From positions 17,582 to 81,581 of the forward strand of contig JAHLWS010000056.1 of NCBI GenBank assembly GCA_019057795.1: DNA of 64,000 bases, given 5' to 3'. A program made the position numbers and the translations under genes. Numbering within the stretch: the stretch's first letter is position 1; each line of letters begins with the position of its first letter. This DNA comes from Promethearchaeota archaeon. GTDB lineage: Archaea; Asgardarchaeota; Lokiarchaeia; Sigyniarchaeales; SOKP01. Shown piece by piece: positions 29,234 through 39,829 of the stretch. The notes under the pieces were generated by a model that worked only from the letters and a program-made list of their open reading frames with translations, was not told where the DNA came from and did not search any database.

Positions 29234-31735
29234 TTAAATTTTATGAGATTCTCGAGCGATTATTTCGTCTTGTAATTCTTTTCCTATAGCATTGAAGTAA
29301 GCATTATAACCTGTAATTCGAACTAAGAGATTAGTATAGTTTTCTGGATGTTTTTGAGCGTCTTTTAGCATTTCTACATCAAGCATGTTTATTTGCAAGC
29401 ATGTACCACCATTTTCAACGTAACCTTTCAAATAAGATTTAAATTTTTCTTTATGTTCTGGGTCTTTAAGTATCGAAGGATTAAATGTAATCGTATGACT
29501 GCTTCCGTTAGGTAAATAATTAATATAGGCTCCATTTTCTGTTTTACCCCCCAGAACCACACCCACAGAATTTGTTACGGCGGTTGGTCCTTTAAGATCT
29601 GCCCCATTTGAAGGACAAATTGCGTTAGATAAAAATGTCGCCTTATTTCGGCCGTTTGGGGTAGCAACTGTAAAACCAGCGTCAGCACCCGCCCAATAAT
29701 TCCAAGACAACATACCTGGTCTAAATTGATAATTCGTAGATGTTTTGTACTTCCAAGTTTCGTCAGACCATACTTTCATTATTTTTCTTGCCAGCTCGTC
29801 AGCATCGTCAACATCATTTCCGTATTTAGGTGCTCTATTTTTTAACATCGTTTGGATAACAGCAAATTCTTCCCCCTCGAAATTGTTAATGAGAGCATCT
29901 TTAATTTGAGTAATGGAGTATTTATTATCATCGTAAACAAATTTCTTAATTGCTAGTAAAGAATCGACTGTTGTTGCGAATCCAACTCCCTCAACGGTTA
30001 TAAACCTTAATTCAGGACCGCCTCTTCTAATATCCAATCCTTTTTCAATACACCCTCGAACTAAAGTGGATAAATATGGCGTGGGCACGAATTCGGCTCT
30101 AATGTCTTCGGTTAAATTATATGTATCTACAGTATATTTAATAAGGAATTCAATTTGCTTTTTCCAAGCATTCCAAAAATCTTCCCAAGTCTGAAAACTT
30201 TCAGGATTTCCCGTTTTTGGTCCTATTTGTTGACCAGTTTTAGTAACGACATCATTGCCGGGCATATTCTTTCCGTTCCAAAGAGTCAATTCAATGCTTT
30301 TAGTTAAATTTGGGTTGCAATTTACAGTACCCGATCGATCGTTTCCTTGCATCGTATTTTCTAAGCACCCAACACAAGCGTAATCCCAAGCTTCTTCGGG
30401 CGAAATTCCTTCTGTTATCATTCCAGCGATGCTCCTTTCGTCGAAATTTATGAGGAATGGTGCTCCTTGCGATCGAGATACTATGTCTACTATAATATTC
30501 AATAACTTCTCGGGTGAATTTCGATGCAGCCGAACATTAGGTTTTGGTTCTAAAATAGGCGACCATTCGTCTACGACTTCCAAAATAGTATAAGTTAATT
30601 CGTTGGTTAAGTCTTCCCCATTAGGTCCGCACCCACTAAGCGTCATCAATTGTCCGAACGCTGAAGTTATACCTTGCTTTCCTACCATTATTTGTGCGTC
30701 ATAGGCAGTATTGCAATGAAACCAAAAACTTCCTAAAATGTCTTTTGCAAACTCCTTTGAGATAGTTTTCTCATCAACAACATCTTTTTTATACAAATGC
30801 CAAAGATGCAGATCTGTCCGACCAAAAGATATACCTGGGCCAGGATATGATTCTTCCGCCATGATTAACATATGAGTTAACCAAATTGCTTGAACGCCCT
30901 GCCAAAAGGTTTCTGCCGGCTCCCAAGGGACTTTTTCGAGATTTTTAGCCATTTGTTCGAGTTCTTCTACTCTCTCTGACGATGACGCAGTTTCTTTAAG
31001 CCTTCTACATTCTTCGGCGTACTTCATCGCTAATTTTCTTGGGACTTCCGCAGCTTCCATCATTGCTCTTAATTCTTGGCCTTTAGGACCTTTTTTCTCG
31101 CGTTCGTTCAATTGGTCGTATTGTGTTTCTGCTTTTTCGTAAATGTACTTGAAGCCTTTTTTAATTATTGTTTCGTGATCTGGGATGAGATGACCAGCTG
31201 TAGCTCCTACATTTCCAAATCCAGACTTATGAAATTTATAAAATTTTTGTCTGACATTCAGATTATTTTTCCAGTATCTTTTAGTTTCTTTTTTTGTTAA
31301 ACAGTTACTCAATTGAGTGTTAAATCTACCTCCTGCAATTAAATCGTTTTCAGAAATAATTTCTTGAGGAATATAATTAAGCATAACCTCCTCAAAAAAG
31401 CGTATTTTACGCTCGGGTAAGGATAACTCCCAGAAATTGTCGGGTAATTTAACAGGTAATGCCATGGATCTTAAAGCCCCCTCAAAAACTCCTTTTCCCT
31501 TATTACCAATGTAAAAGTGAACTTCAGGGGCAACATAATAATCTGTTTCTTTCCATATTATATCCCAATCTGTTCCAGTAGTAAACGGCATGTATTGATT
31601 GTTCCATTCACGTTTAACTCCCTTAAAGTAATATTCTCTTAACCATTTCGACCTTGAAGATAAATCATGAGGTTCAACTATATTATACTTTGGTACTTCT
31701 TTCTTAACTTCGGATTTATTATCTAAATCACTCAT
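29234..31735 (-). CDS. glycyl radical enzyme (PFL/GRE superfamily, substrate unknown)
   Basis: CVGCLE Cys loop; VRITGYNAYF glycyl loop; SFGRTD. Confidence 0.93.
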   Translation of the reverse strand: MSDLDNKSEVKKEVPKYNIVEPHDLSSRSKWLREYYFKGVKREWNNQYMPFTTGTDWDIIWKETDYYVAPEVHFYIGNKGKGVFEGALRSMALPVKLPDNFWELSLPERKIRFFEEVMLNYIPQEIISENDLIAGGRFNTQLSNCLTKKETKRYWKNNLNVRQKFYKFHKSGFGNVGATAGHLIPDHETIIKKGFKYIYEKAETQYDQLNEREKKGPKGQELRAMMEAAEVPRKLAMKYAEECRRLKETASSSERVEELEQMAKNLEKVPWEPAETFWQGVQAIWLTHMLIMAEESYPGPGISFGRTDLHLWHLYKKDVVDEKTISKEFAKDILGSFWFHCNTAYDAQIMVGKQGITSAFGQLMTLSGCGPNGEDLTNELTYTILEVVDEWSPILEPKPNVRLHRNSPEKLLNIIVDIVSRSQGAPFLINFDERSIAGMITEGISPEEAWDYACVGCLENTMQGNDRSGTVNCNPNLTKSIELTLWNGKNMPGNDVVTKTGQQIGPKTGNPESFQTWEDFWNAWKKQIEFLIKYTVDTYNLTEDIRAEFVPTPYLSTLVRGCIEKGLDIRRGGPELRFITVEGVGFATTVDSLLAIKKFVYDDNKYSITQIKDALINNFEGEEFAVIQTMLKNRAPKYGNDVDDADELARKIMKVWSDETWKYKTSTNYQFRPGMLSWNYWAGADAGFTVATPNGRNKATFLSNAICPSNGADLKGPTAVTNSVGVVLGGKTENGAYINYLPNGSSHTITFNPSILKDPEHKEKFKSYLKGYVENGGTCLQINMLDVEMLKDAQKHPENYTNLLVRITGYNAYFNAIGKELQDEIIARESHKI

Positions 31736-32082
31736 TTTAATGGCTCCTTAGAATTTTTTATAATTAAAAAATATAAAGTTTAACTTTTAGGTAATCCTTG
31801 TTTAAAGTTAATTCAAACTCAATTATAAATTTTCAAGTTATTTCATATAAGAGGGCATTTAAATTATTTCTTATACATTTCAATTTAGGTTATTTTTAAT
31901 TTCCTTTAGTAATTTCAATAAATTTATTAATTTATTTTACACAAATATCATTAAGACTCCAAAAGAATGAAATATTTATTTTGAATTTAAGATTGAAATT
32001 TTCTGTTCTAATATAAAATAGAAAAAAGTTTTAATTAAATTACAAACAATTAGAATATAAGAAAGGTATAAGGTTTTGTCAT

Positions 32083-33027
32083 ATGGAATTAAAAGAGTAC
32101 AAATGTGAGGTTTTAATAATAGGTTCAGGCCCAGCGGGATTAAGTGCGGGAGTTTATTGTGGTAGAGCAAACAGAAGTACTATTATATTAGACGGAAAAG
32201 AGCCTTCTGCTTTAGAGAAAACGAAAGAAATAAAAAATTGGTTGGGAGAGGCAGATATTGGAGGGTTAGAGCTTCTAAAAAAGTTTAGGAAACACGCTGA
32301 AAGCTTCGATAATGTCGAAATTATAAAAGGAGATGTCATCGCACTAATGTTAGGTATGGGTATGAATATGGTCTCAACTAGAAATGCAAATATTACTGCT
32401 GATGTTGTATTAATCGCCACTGGCACGGGAGTAAGGAAAGAAATAATTAAAGGAGAAAGTGGATTAATTGGTTTTGGCGTGTCTTATTGTGCGTTATGTG
32501 ATGGTCCATTATTTAAAGAGAGACATGTCTATTTATATGGTTCGGACGAAGAAGTTTTGGAAGACGCGCTTGTTCTTGATCAAATGGGTTGTATAACACA
32601 CATCATTACTAATGTAGGATTTAATGATTTACCTGAATTAGCTACTGAAGTTAAAGAAAAAGGAATCGAAATTATTGACAATATGGAAATCGTTGAAGCT
32701 ATCTCGGATTCCGATGGTATAATCCAGAAAATTTTGTGCAAAACAACAAAACCAGAGCAAGAAGATCAAGAAATAAAAGAGTACGAATTAGCTTGTCTAT
32801 TCATCTTATCGCACATACCTTCTAATTCGATATTTAAAAAAGCGGGAGTAGAATTGGATGAGAATGGTAATGTCGCTGCTGACGAGCATCAACAAACAAA
32901 TATTCAAGGAGTATATGCCGCCGGAGATGTAACTGGAGGCCTATTTCAAGTAGTTTTTGCTGCGGCAGAAGGCGCGCGTGCAGGGATAAACGCTTGTAAA
33001 TACCTACGAAAATCAAAGAAAGAATAA
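32083..33027 (+). CDS. trxB: thioredoxin reductase-like FAD oxidoreductase
   Basis: GSGPAGLSA, GVSYCALCDG, YAAGDV. Confidence 0.85.
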   Translation: MELKEYKCEVLIIGSGPAGLSAGVYCGRANRSTIILDGKEPSALEKTKEIKNWLGEADIGGLELLKKFRKHAESFDNVEIIKGDVIALMLGMGMNMVSTRNANITADVVLIATGTGVRKEIIKGESGLIGFGVSYCALCDGPLFKERHVYLYGSDEEVLEDALVLDQMGCITHIITNVGFNDLPELATEVKEKGIEIIDNMEIVEAISDSDGIIQKILCKTTKPEQEDQEIKEYELACLFILSHIPSNSIFKKAGVELDENGNVAADEHQQTNIQGVYAAGDVTGGLFQVVFAAAEGARAGINACKYLRKSKKE

Positions 33028-33121
33028 TTAAAATCTATTTTTTAATCTTCATAAATTAATTCTTCATAATACGGAGATATTATACCATATTATGTAATAT
33101 CACGATGCTATTTCTTTTATT

Positions 33122-34048
33122 ATGGTTAATTATAAGGTTTCAGATTTTATCGAAGATTTTTTGATTTCGAAAGAAGTAGAAGAAGGGTGTGCGCCATCTA
33201 CCATTAAAGCGTATCGATACGATCTTGAAAAGTTTATTAACCTTGTAGGAGATATTGACCTCGAATCGCCAGTTTTGAGACAAAGGATAAGACTCTTTTT
33301 AAAAAAACTGAAAGATTTAGATTATTCAAAAAAGGGTATAAGTAGAAAAATCGCGTCGTTAAGATCGTTTTTTAAGTTTTTAACTTTAAATGAATTTATC
33401 ACTAAAAACCCTATGGCAACAATTAAATCCCCAAAAATCAAACTAGAAGAGAGCCTCCCTAAATTTCTGGATGTTTCTGACATTGAAGTTATTTTTAACA
33501 AGCTGAACGATTGGAGGCTATTTAATTCAAGAAAGAGTCTAAGGTATTACTTAACTGTGAGATTGTTATATTCCACTATGGCTCGTGTAAGCGAATTGTG
33601 TGACATTAAAATTAGGGATATCGATTTCAAGAATGGATATATAAGGTTAAAAGGGAAAGGGGGTAAAGAAAGGATTGTTCCCGTCGATCAAAAGACTTTA
33701 GAGCTTTTTAAGGAACATTTGAATAATAGGATATCTTATAGTTCTGAAGATTATTTATTGGTTAATACAAGAAATCAAAAATTAAATCCTCGCGTTATTC
33801 AGGCTGATATAAAATTGATAAAAGAAAAGTGTGGATTTCCAGATTCAAAGATTATTACGCCCCACATATTTAGACATACTGGAGCGACGCATCTTAGGCG
33901 TTCTGGGATGGATATTAGTGAATTACAGGACATTTTAGGCCATAGCTCTCCAAATACTACCCGAATCTATGCTAAGAACGATATTACTAAATTAAAGCAA
34001 TCGTATTCAACGATGCATCCATTAAATAATAATGATTTGAAACTGTAA
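33122..34048 (+). CDS. xerA: tyrosine recombinase XerA
   Basis: SAM-like N-domain; R(VSEL), KGKGGKER, HIFRH, LGHSS, Y catalytic residues. Confidence 0.88.
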   Translation: MVNYKVSDFIEDFLISKEVEEGCAPSTIKAYRYDLEKFINLVGDIDLESPVLRQRIRLFLKKLKDLDYSKKGISRKIASLRSFFKFLTLNEFITKNPMATIKSPKIKLEESLPKFLDVSDIEVIFNKLNDWRLFNSRKSLRYYLTVRLLYSTMARVSELCDIKIRDIDFKNGYIRLKGKGGKERIVPVDQKTLELFKEHLNNRISYSSEDYLLVNTRNQKLNPRVIQADIKLIKEKCGFPDSKIITPHIFRHTGATHLRRSGMDISELQDILGHSSPNTTRIYAKNDITKLKQSYSTMHPLNNNDLKL

Positions 34049-34203
34049 AAACCAAGTTTTTAATAATATACTTTTTTATCATAGAAGTGATTATCTAATA
34101 ATCTTCTAATAAAAACTTAAAAGTATAAGAAAGTTTAAACTTAATTTGTTCTATATTTACTTATACATTATTAATAGTTAATCATAGACAAGGATAGTTA
34201 ATC

Positions 34204-35394
34204 ATGGACGAGGATGAATTTCGAAAACAATTCATGACGAAATCAGTGTTTAAGAAAGCAAGCTCGCTTGATATGAGTTATGTACCTGAAAAGTTATATT
34301 GTCGAGACGAGGTAATTAAAAGCTTAATATATAACTTTAGAAGAATTCTTGAAGAAAAAGTGCAGCCTACGATCAGTTGCTTGATTTTAGGAAAAGGTGG
34401 GGTTGGAAAAACGGTTACAGCAAGATATTTCGGTAGAAATTTTAAGACTATTGCCTTAGAAAAAGATGTTAATATTTTTGTTGAATATTTTAATTGTATA
34501 AATTTTCGCTCAAAAAGTAAAATTGTACGAGAACTTTTGGCTAAATATACTCACGGATCTGGGCGCGGTTTTAGCGACGACGAAGCACTCAAATTAATAT
34601 TAACACAGTTAATAAGAGAAAAAGGTTATATGTTATTAGTTATCGACGAAATTCACCTATTAAAATCCGAAGAAATTTTAGCTTTTTTAGATATTTCCGA
34701 AACTTATGGACATCAAAACGCTAAACTCTCGATTTTATTAATATCTCGTAATAGAGACTGGATGAGGATTGAGACGGAAAGGATTTTAAGTCGATTAAAC
34801 GAAAAGATTATTCTTAAACCCTACAATTATGACGAGGCAAAACAAATATTAGAATATAGAAGCGAGGAGGCGTTTAAAGAGTACGTTATCAGTGATGACA
34901 TTTTAAATATGGTGAGTCAAATTGTTGCTGATCACGAGAATATGCGTCATGGAATTGAGATTTTGAGAAAGAGTGGGCTCTACGCGGATAAAAATAGCTT
35001 ATCTAGCGTAAATGCTGAGATTATTAGAGAAGCTTCAAATGAAGTTTACCCCACTTTTAGAGCAGATATTATTGATCAATTAAACGATCAAGAGCTTCTG
35101 GCGCTATATGGGATAGCTAGGTCTTTAATTAACCATAAGGAACCCTTCTCTTTAGTTGATGATGCTTTCGAAGAGTATCAAATAATATGCGAAACTTATT
35201 CAATAGAACCACACGTAAAAATGAGTTTTAGGAAATATATACGGCAACTAAATCAATTAGAAATTATTTCTTCGAAAACTGTAAGAATTGAGGAAGCAGA
35301 GCGAGGTCGACATCTTGAAATTACTTTGTTAGATATTCCAGCAGTTAAATTGGAAGAATTTTTAATAGATATTTTTAACAGAAAGTTTGATTAA
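34204..35394 (+). CDS. cdc6: Orc1/Cdc6 replication initiator
   Basis: YVPEKLYCR, GKGGVGKT, IDE, ILSRL, PY; winged-helix C-terminus. Confidence 0.93.
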   Translation: MDEDEFRKQFMTKSVFKKASSLDMSYVPEKLYCRDEVIKSLIYNFRRILEEKVQPTISCLILGKGGVGKTVTARYFGRNFKTIALEKDVNIFVEYFNCINFRSKSKIVRELLAKYTHGSGRGFSDDEALKLILTQLIREKGYMLLVIDEIHLLKSEEILAFLDISETYGHQNAKLSILLISRNRDWMRIETERILSRLNEKIILKPYNYDEAKQILEYRSEEAFKEYVISDDILNMVSQIVADHENMRHGIEILRKSGLYADKNSLSSVNAEIIREASNEVYPTFRADIIDQLNDQELLALYGIARSLINHKEPFSLVDDAFEEYQIICETYSIEPHVKMSFRKYIRQLNQLEIISSKTVRIEEAERGRHLEITLLDIPAVKLEEFLIDIFNRKFD

Positions 35395-35553
35395 TAAGTC
35401 TTTATATTTGTAAAAGTTGGACTATAATAATAAGTCCTTTCGCTTTTTTGAGCTAAAAAATATACTCTAGAATTAATTAAATAAGAAATATTAATCTTGG
35501 AGAATTTGAACTTACTCAAAGGATTTTTAATATTGGTTAAATTAATCAATTAA

Positions 35554-35784
35554 TTAATAGTTTTTTTTTTCTTCCTTTGACTTTGAGTACCAGTCCAACC
35601 AATCCTTGCGTCGGTTTTTTGCTTTCTGTACTTCATCAGTTTCTAATCCCCGTTCATTTCGTATCTTATGCCAAAATTGATCTAATTCGTAACGAGATAA
35701 TGACAATCCACATGAACTACATACCATAAGACGATTGTCGGGATTGTATTTCATGTTACCAGCGCATTCTGGACAACGAGCCAT
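35554..35784 (-). CDS. small zinc-ribbon protein
   Basis: CPEC...CSSC. Confidence 0.75.
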   Translation of the reverse strand: MARCPECAGNMKYNPDNRLMVCSSCGLSLSRYELDQFWHKIRNERGLETDEVQKAKNRRKDWLDWYSKSKEEKKNY

Positions 35785-35940
35785 ATTCTTTTCTTTCTAT
35801 TTTTTTTTCTCTTGTAATATTAGAATTAAACACCGTTAAAATAATTATTGTTAACCTTAAACTCCAAATTTATTTTTAATGTTGTATTAATCTAATAAAA
35901 ATCATTAAATTAGTCATTTATTAGCATAATATTTGTAAAA

Positions 35941-37185
35941 GTGGTATTATTGAGATCAGATGTCTATTACATTACAGCACGAACACACACTCATGAAGAG
36001 AGTTTAAGTAAAGTTAAAGGTCCTTTAGCGCTAGATAAAATCGGATTTAAGAACAAAGTGAATAAAGGAGATAAAGTAGTAATCAAAACTCACTTCGGAG
36101 CTTTAGAGAATGTTAGATATTTACGTCCTAGTTATTTAAGATTCCTATGTGATTATGTAAAGGGTTTAAAAGCAATTCCATCTGTAGCAGAATCGTGCGG
36201 TTGGGGTGCTCCAGAGGCGTTTACAGGGACCCATACGGAATACAGTGGTCGAGCAACAGAAAAGGAATACTTAGAAATAGCTAAAATGCATGGTTTTACC
36301 GATGAAACCATGGGAGCAAAAATTTTAATGCTTGATGGTAGCGTTGGTACCGATATAGCGATACAAAAAATTAATGGTAAGCGATTTAAAGAAATATTAG
36401 TTGCCGGGAGATTGAGAGAATTTGACCACATGATTTTAGCTACACATTTTAAAGGGCACGCTGGAGCTGGGTTTGGTGGGGCTATAAAGAATTTAGGCAT
36501 TGGGTGCGTAAGCAAAGGAGGTAAAGTTCAAGCGCATGTTGGTAAAAAATTTGAATTTAATTACGACGCACCAATTTCTGATTACGAAGATTGTTTGAAA
36601 ATTTGTCCTACAAATGCCTTAACGGAAAGAACAGACGGTAAATTAAAGCGTGATGAGAATAAATGTAGATACTGTTATATGTGTAAATCAGTCTGTAAAA
36701 ATAATGTAATAGATACTGGAGCATCAACACGAGAGGAATTTATAACTCAGATGGTAGATAACGCTGCGGGTGTTGTTGATTATTTTGGAAAGGATAAAAT
36801 ATTTTATATCAATTATGTTATAGATGTTACATGGCAATGTGATTGTACAGGTGGTTCCGATATTCCATTTGTGAGCGATATTGGTGTTTTATCCTCACTG
36901 GATCCCGTTGCAATAGATCAAGTTGCCATTGATTTAATTCATTCTTCTTTAATGAACCCTCATTCAATTTTAGGTGATGTTAAAAATATATCTAAAGATA
37001 ACACACATGAATGGTTTTCTTACGTACCTAGATTTGATCCGAAAACACATGAATTGGACTTAAATCTCAATGGGAAAGAATCCAAACACTGGGAATTACA
37101 ATTGAAAGCAGCAGAAGATATCGGATTGGGGTCGAAGGACTATAATTTAGTTGAAGTGAAAGTAGAAAGTAAGAAGAAGAATTAA
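35941..37185 (+). CDS. DUF362 Fe-S protein
   Basis: KTHFG, HFKGH, GGAIKNLG, ferredoxin CRYCYMCKSVC, CDC, DPVAID. Confidence 0.88.
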   Translation: MVLLRSDVYYITARTHTHEESLSKVKGPLALDKIGFKNKVNKGDKVVIKTHFGALENVRYLRPSYLRFLCDYVKGLKAIPSVAESCGWGAPEAFTGTHTEYSGRATEKEYLEIAKMHGFTDETMGAKILMLDGSVGTDIAIQKINGKRFKEILVAGRLREFDHMILATHFKGHAGAGFGGAIKNLGIGCVSKGGKVQAHVGKKFEFNYDAPISDYEDCLKICPTNALTERTDGKLKRDENKCRYCYMCKSVCKNNVIDTGASTREEFITQMVDNAAGVVDYFGKDKIFYINYVIDVTWQCDCTGGSDIPFVSDIGVLSSLDPVAIDQVAIDLIHSSLMNPHSILGDVKNISKDNTHEWFSYVPRFDPKTHELDLNLNGKESKHWELQLKAAEDIGLGSKDYNLVEVKVESKKKN

Positions 37186-37257
37186 AAAGCATTCTATACT
37201 TTAATCATTAATAGAATTATCTTAAATTTAATACAGATAACAGATGGGTGAAATTAT

Positions 37258-37887
37258 ATGTCTAAACAAACTAAAGAAAGGATAAATTGGAATATAAAAG
37301 GAGTATGGTACGAAGCATGTGCTGCGGAAGGTCATTGTCCGATGTATTTCGGTAGAAACATGGAATCTCCTTGTAAATCATTTCAATTATTTCAAATTAA
37401 TGAAGGTAAATTTCAAGATGTTGATGTCGGGGGAATATTAGCAATTAATATAATTGATTTATTTTCCCCAAAGGCTGCCGATTTAGTGGCGAAAGGTGGA
37501 GAAGGGGGAATATACATTAGTAAAGATGCATCTGAAGAACAGAGAAAGTATTTAGAACCTTTTTTCGTTAATAATATTCCTGGTGGCTTATTAGTGAGAA
37601 AAGTTTTGGGAATTAAATATGTCGATATAACTTTAGAACAAGAAGGCAATATTTATAAAATTAAGATGCCCTATGGAGAAATGAATCTCTCGTTGGCACC
37701 AGGAGGGGATGGAAAGAATCCTCAACGTATCGAAAACTCATTATTTAGTATGATGTTTTCTGATATTAAGATTTGTAACACTCACTCTTGGAAATTCAAC
37801 GATTTTGGAAAGAATTGGGAATTTACAAATAGAAGTGGTGCAATAGCAGCCTTTAATCTACAAGGCAAATCCAGAAAATTTTTTTAA
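37258..37887 (+). CDS. DUF1326-like protein
   Basis: W.IKG.W.EAC....CP N-terminus; GGIYIS.DASEEQR. Confidence 0.7.
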   Translation: MSKQTKERINWNIKGVWYEACAAEGHCPMYFGRNMESPCKSFQLFQINEGKFQDVDVGGILAINIIDLFSPKAADLVAKGGEGGIYISKDASEEQRKYLEPFFVNNIPGGLLVRKVLGIKYVDITLEQEGNIYKIKMPYGEMNLSLAPGGDGKNPQRIENSLFSMMFSDIKICNTHSWKFNDFGKNWEFTNRSGAIAAFNLQGKSRKFF

Positions 37888-37945
37888 TAAATCGTTTAAA
37901 TTAAAGATATGATTAATCTTTCTCGTTAAATTTAAAGGTGAGATA

Positions 37946-39673
37946 ATGAAACCATTTTTAACCCTTGAAGAAGTAAGAAATGCTATTATAGGTCGGAATT
38001 TTATTTTCCAGACGCCTTATGGAATGCGTCTTCTCACATATGCAGACTACACTGCATCTGGTAGATCTCTCAAATTTATTGAACAATTTTTAATCAAAAT
38101 TCAACGAGAATATGCCAATACTCACACAGAAGACGATGTAACTGGGCGTCAAATGACGGAAATCTTACATCAAGCGGAAACTATAATAAAAAAGGCTTTT
38201 AATGCAGAGAAAAATTGCAAAATTATAGCCACGGGTACAGGTGCAACGGGAGCGATATCCAAGTTCCATGAAATTATAGGTATACGTCTACCTCCAGCAA
38301 CGAGAAATCTTGTTCTTTCAATATTAGACAATTCATCTGAGGAAAATGTTATAGATCAAAATTTGAGAAAGAAACTTGAACTAGAAATTAATCGATTGAA
38401 ACCCGTTGTTTTTATTGGTCCTTATGAACATCATTCTAACGATATAATGTGGCGAGAAGCTATTGCAGAAGTTGTAACCATTCAACTTACCCCCGATGGT
38501 TATCTTGACTTAAAGGATTTAGAAAGTCAAGTTTCAGATCAAAAGTATAAAAAAAGGCTAAAAATCGGCTCTTTTTCAGCAGCATCGAATGTTACTGGTT
38601 TAAAATCTCCAGTTTATGAAATTGCTCGTATAATGCATAAATATAATGCTTTAGTTTGTTTTGATTTTGCCGCTAGTGCTCCCTATGTAAAAATTAATAT
38701 GAACAATGATTCTGATACTTTTTTTGATGCAATTTTTATATCGCCTCACAAATTCGTGGGAGGTCCAGGGTCGTCAGGAATCTTAGTCTTTAATGAACGA
38801 GTTTACAATCTCGCACTCTCTCCAACTTCTGCTGGAGGTGGAACCGTTGATTTTGTTAGCTCAACCACAGTGGATTATTCAAAAGATATTGAAACCAGAG
38901 AAAGAGCGGGCACTCCAGGGGTCTTGCAAACAATTAAAGCGGCATTAGTTATTGATCTAAAGGATGCTATTGGAATTGATAATATTGAATCGAAAGAACT
39001 AGAGTATTCAACCCGAGCTTTAAAGCGATTATCCAAACATTCAAAAATCAAAGTTCTCGGTCCAATCGACCCAGAAAATCGCATCCCAATTGTGTCATTT
39101 ATGATTAAACATGGAAATAAAGATTTACACCCAAAATTCGTCACTAAATTGCTCAACGATTTGTTTGGAATTCAAAGTCGGGCAGGTTGCATGTGTTCTG
39201 GACCATATGGGAACTTATTGCTCAAAATCGATGAAGAACAATCTCAAAAATTCCGAAAAATTGGTCAACAAGGGAAATTCGGAATTAGACCAGGATGGTG
39301 CCGCGTTAATTTCCATTATCTCTTTTCCGAGATAGAGTTCAAATTTATCTGTCAGGCGATTGAATTTATCGCAGATTATGGGTATCTATTTCTTAGAGAA
39401 TACTCTTTTAACATTAATTCGGGAGTATGGACACATCTCAATTTCAAAGATACTCTCTTATACAACAAACCAGACATTAAATCGGTGCTCACAACAAATT
39501 TAAAAGATTGTTTTGACGAGGAATTAATTGATAGAGATGTGGAATTTACTAAATATTTGAATGATGCTAGGAAACTAGTCAAAACATTCGGAGATGAAAT
39601 TGAATATCATCAGTTTGATGATCCTGAGGCCGAAGAACTAAGATGGTTTAATTTTATACATATAAATAAATAA
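37946..39673 (+). CDS. class V PLP aminotransferase / cysteine desulfurase-like
   Basis: YADYTASG, EHHSN, SPHKFVGGPG, QSRAGCMC. Confidence 0.9.
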   Translation: MKPFLTLEEVRNAIIGRNFIFQTPYGMRLLTYADYTASGRSLKFIEQFLIKIQREYANTHTEDDVTGRQMTEILHQAETIIKKAFNAEKNCKIIATGTGATGAISKFHEIIGIRLPPATRNLVLSILDNSSEENVIDQNLRKKLELEINRLKPVVFIGPYEHHSNDIMWREAIAEVVTIQLTPDGYLDLKDLESQVSDQKYKKRLKIGSFSAASNVTGLKSPVYEIARIMHKYNALVCFDFAASAPYVKINMNNDSDTFFDAIFISPHKFVGGPGSSGILVFNERVYNLALSPTSAGGGTVDFVSSTTVDYSKDIETRERAGTPGVLQTIKAALVIDLKDAIGIDNIESKELEYSTRALKRLSKHSKIKVLGPIDPENRIPIVSFMIKHGNKDLHPKFVTKLLNDLFGIQSRAGCMCSGPYGNLLLKIDEEQSQKFRKIGQQGKFGIRPGWCRVNFHYLFSEIEFKFICQAIEFIADYGYLFLREYSFNINSGVWTHLNFKDTLLYNKPDIKSVLTTNLKDCFDEELIDRDVEFTKYLNDARKLVKTFGDEIEYHQFDDPEAEELRWFNFIHINK

Positions 39674-39829
39674 AAGCTGGGTTTATAGGAAAAGATTTTA
39701 TTCTTTATACTTCTTGCGACTATATAAATAATTCTTTATAAAAAACAGATATATTTAAAAAAAGATTTTATCTATAAATCATATAAAAAAAACCAATAGA
39801 GATAATAAATGGTAAATAGGTAAAATAAA

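Noticed and set aside
34049-34203. Replication origin next to cdc6
   Set aside because: Short AT-rich spacer with no recognisable ORB or G-string repeats on either side of cdc6.
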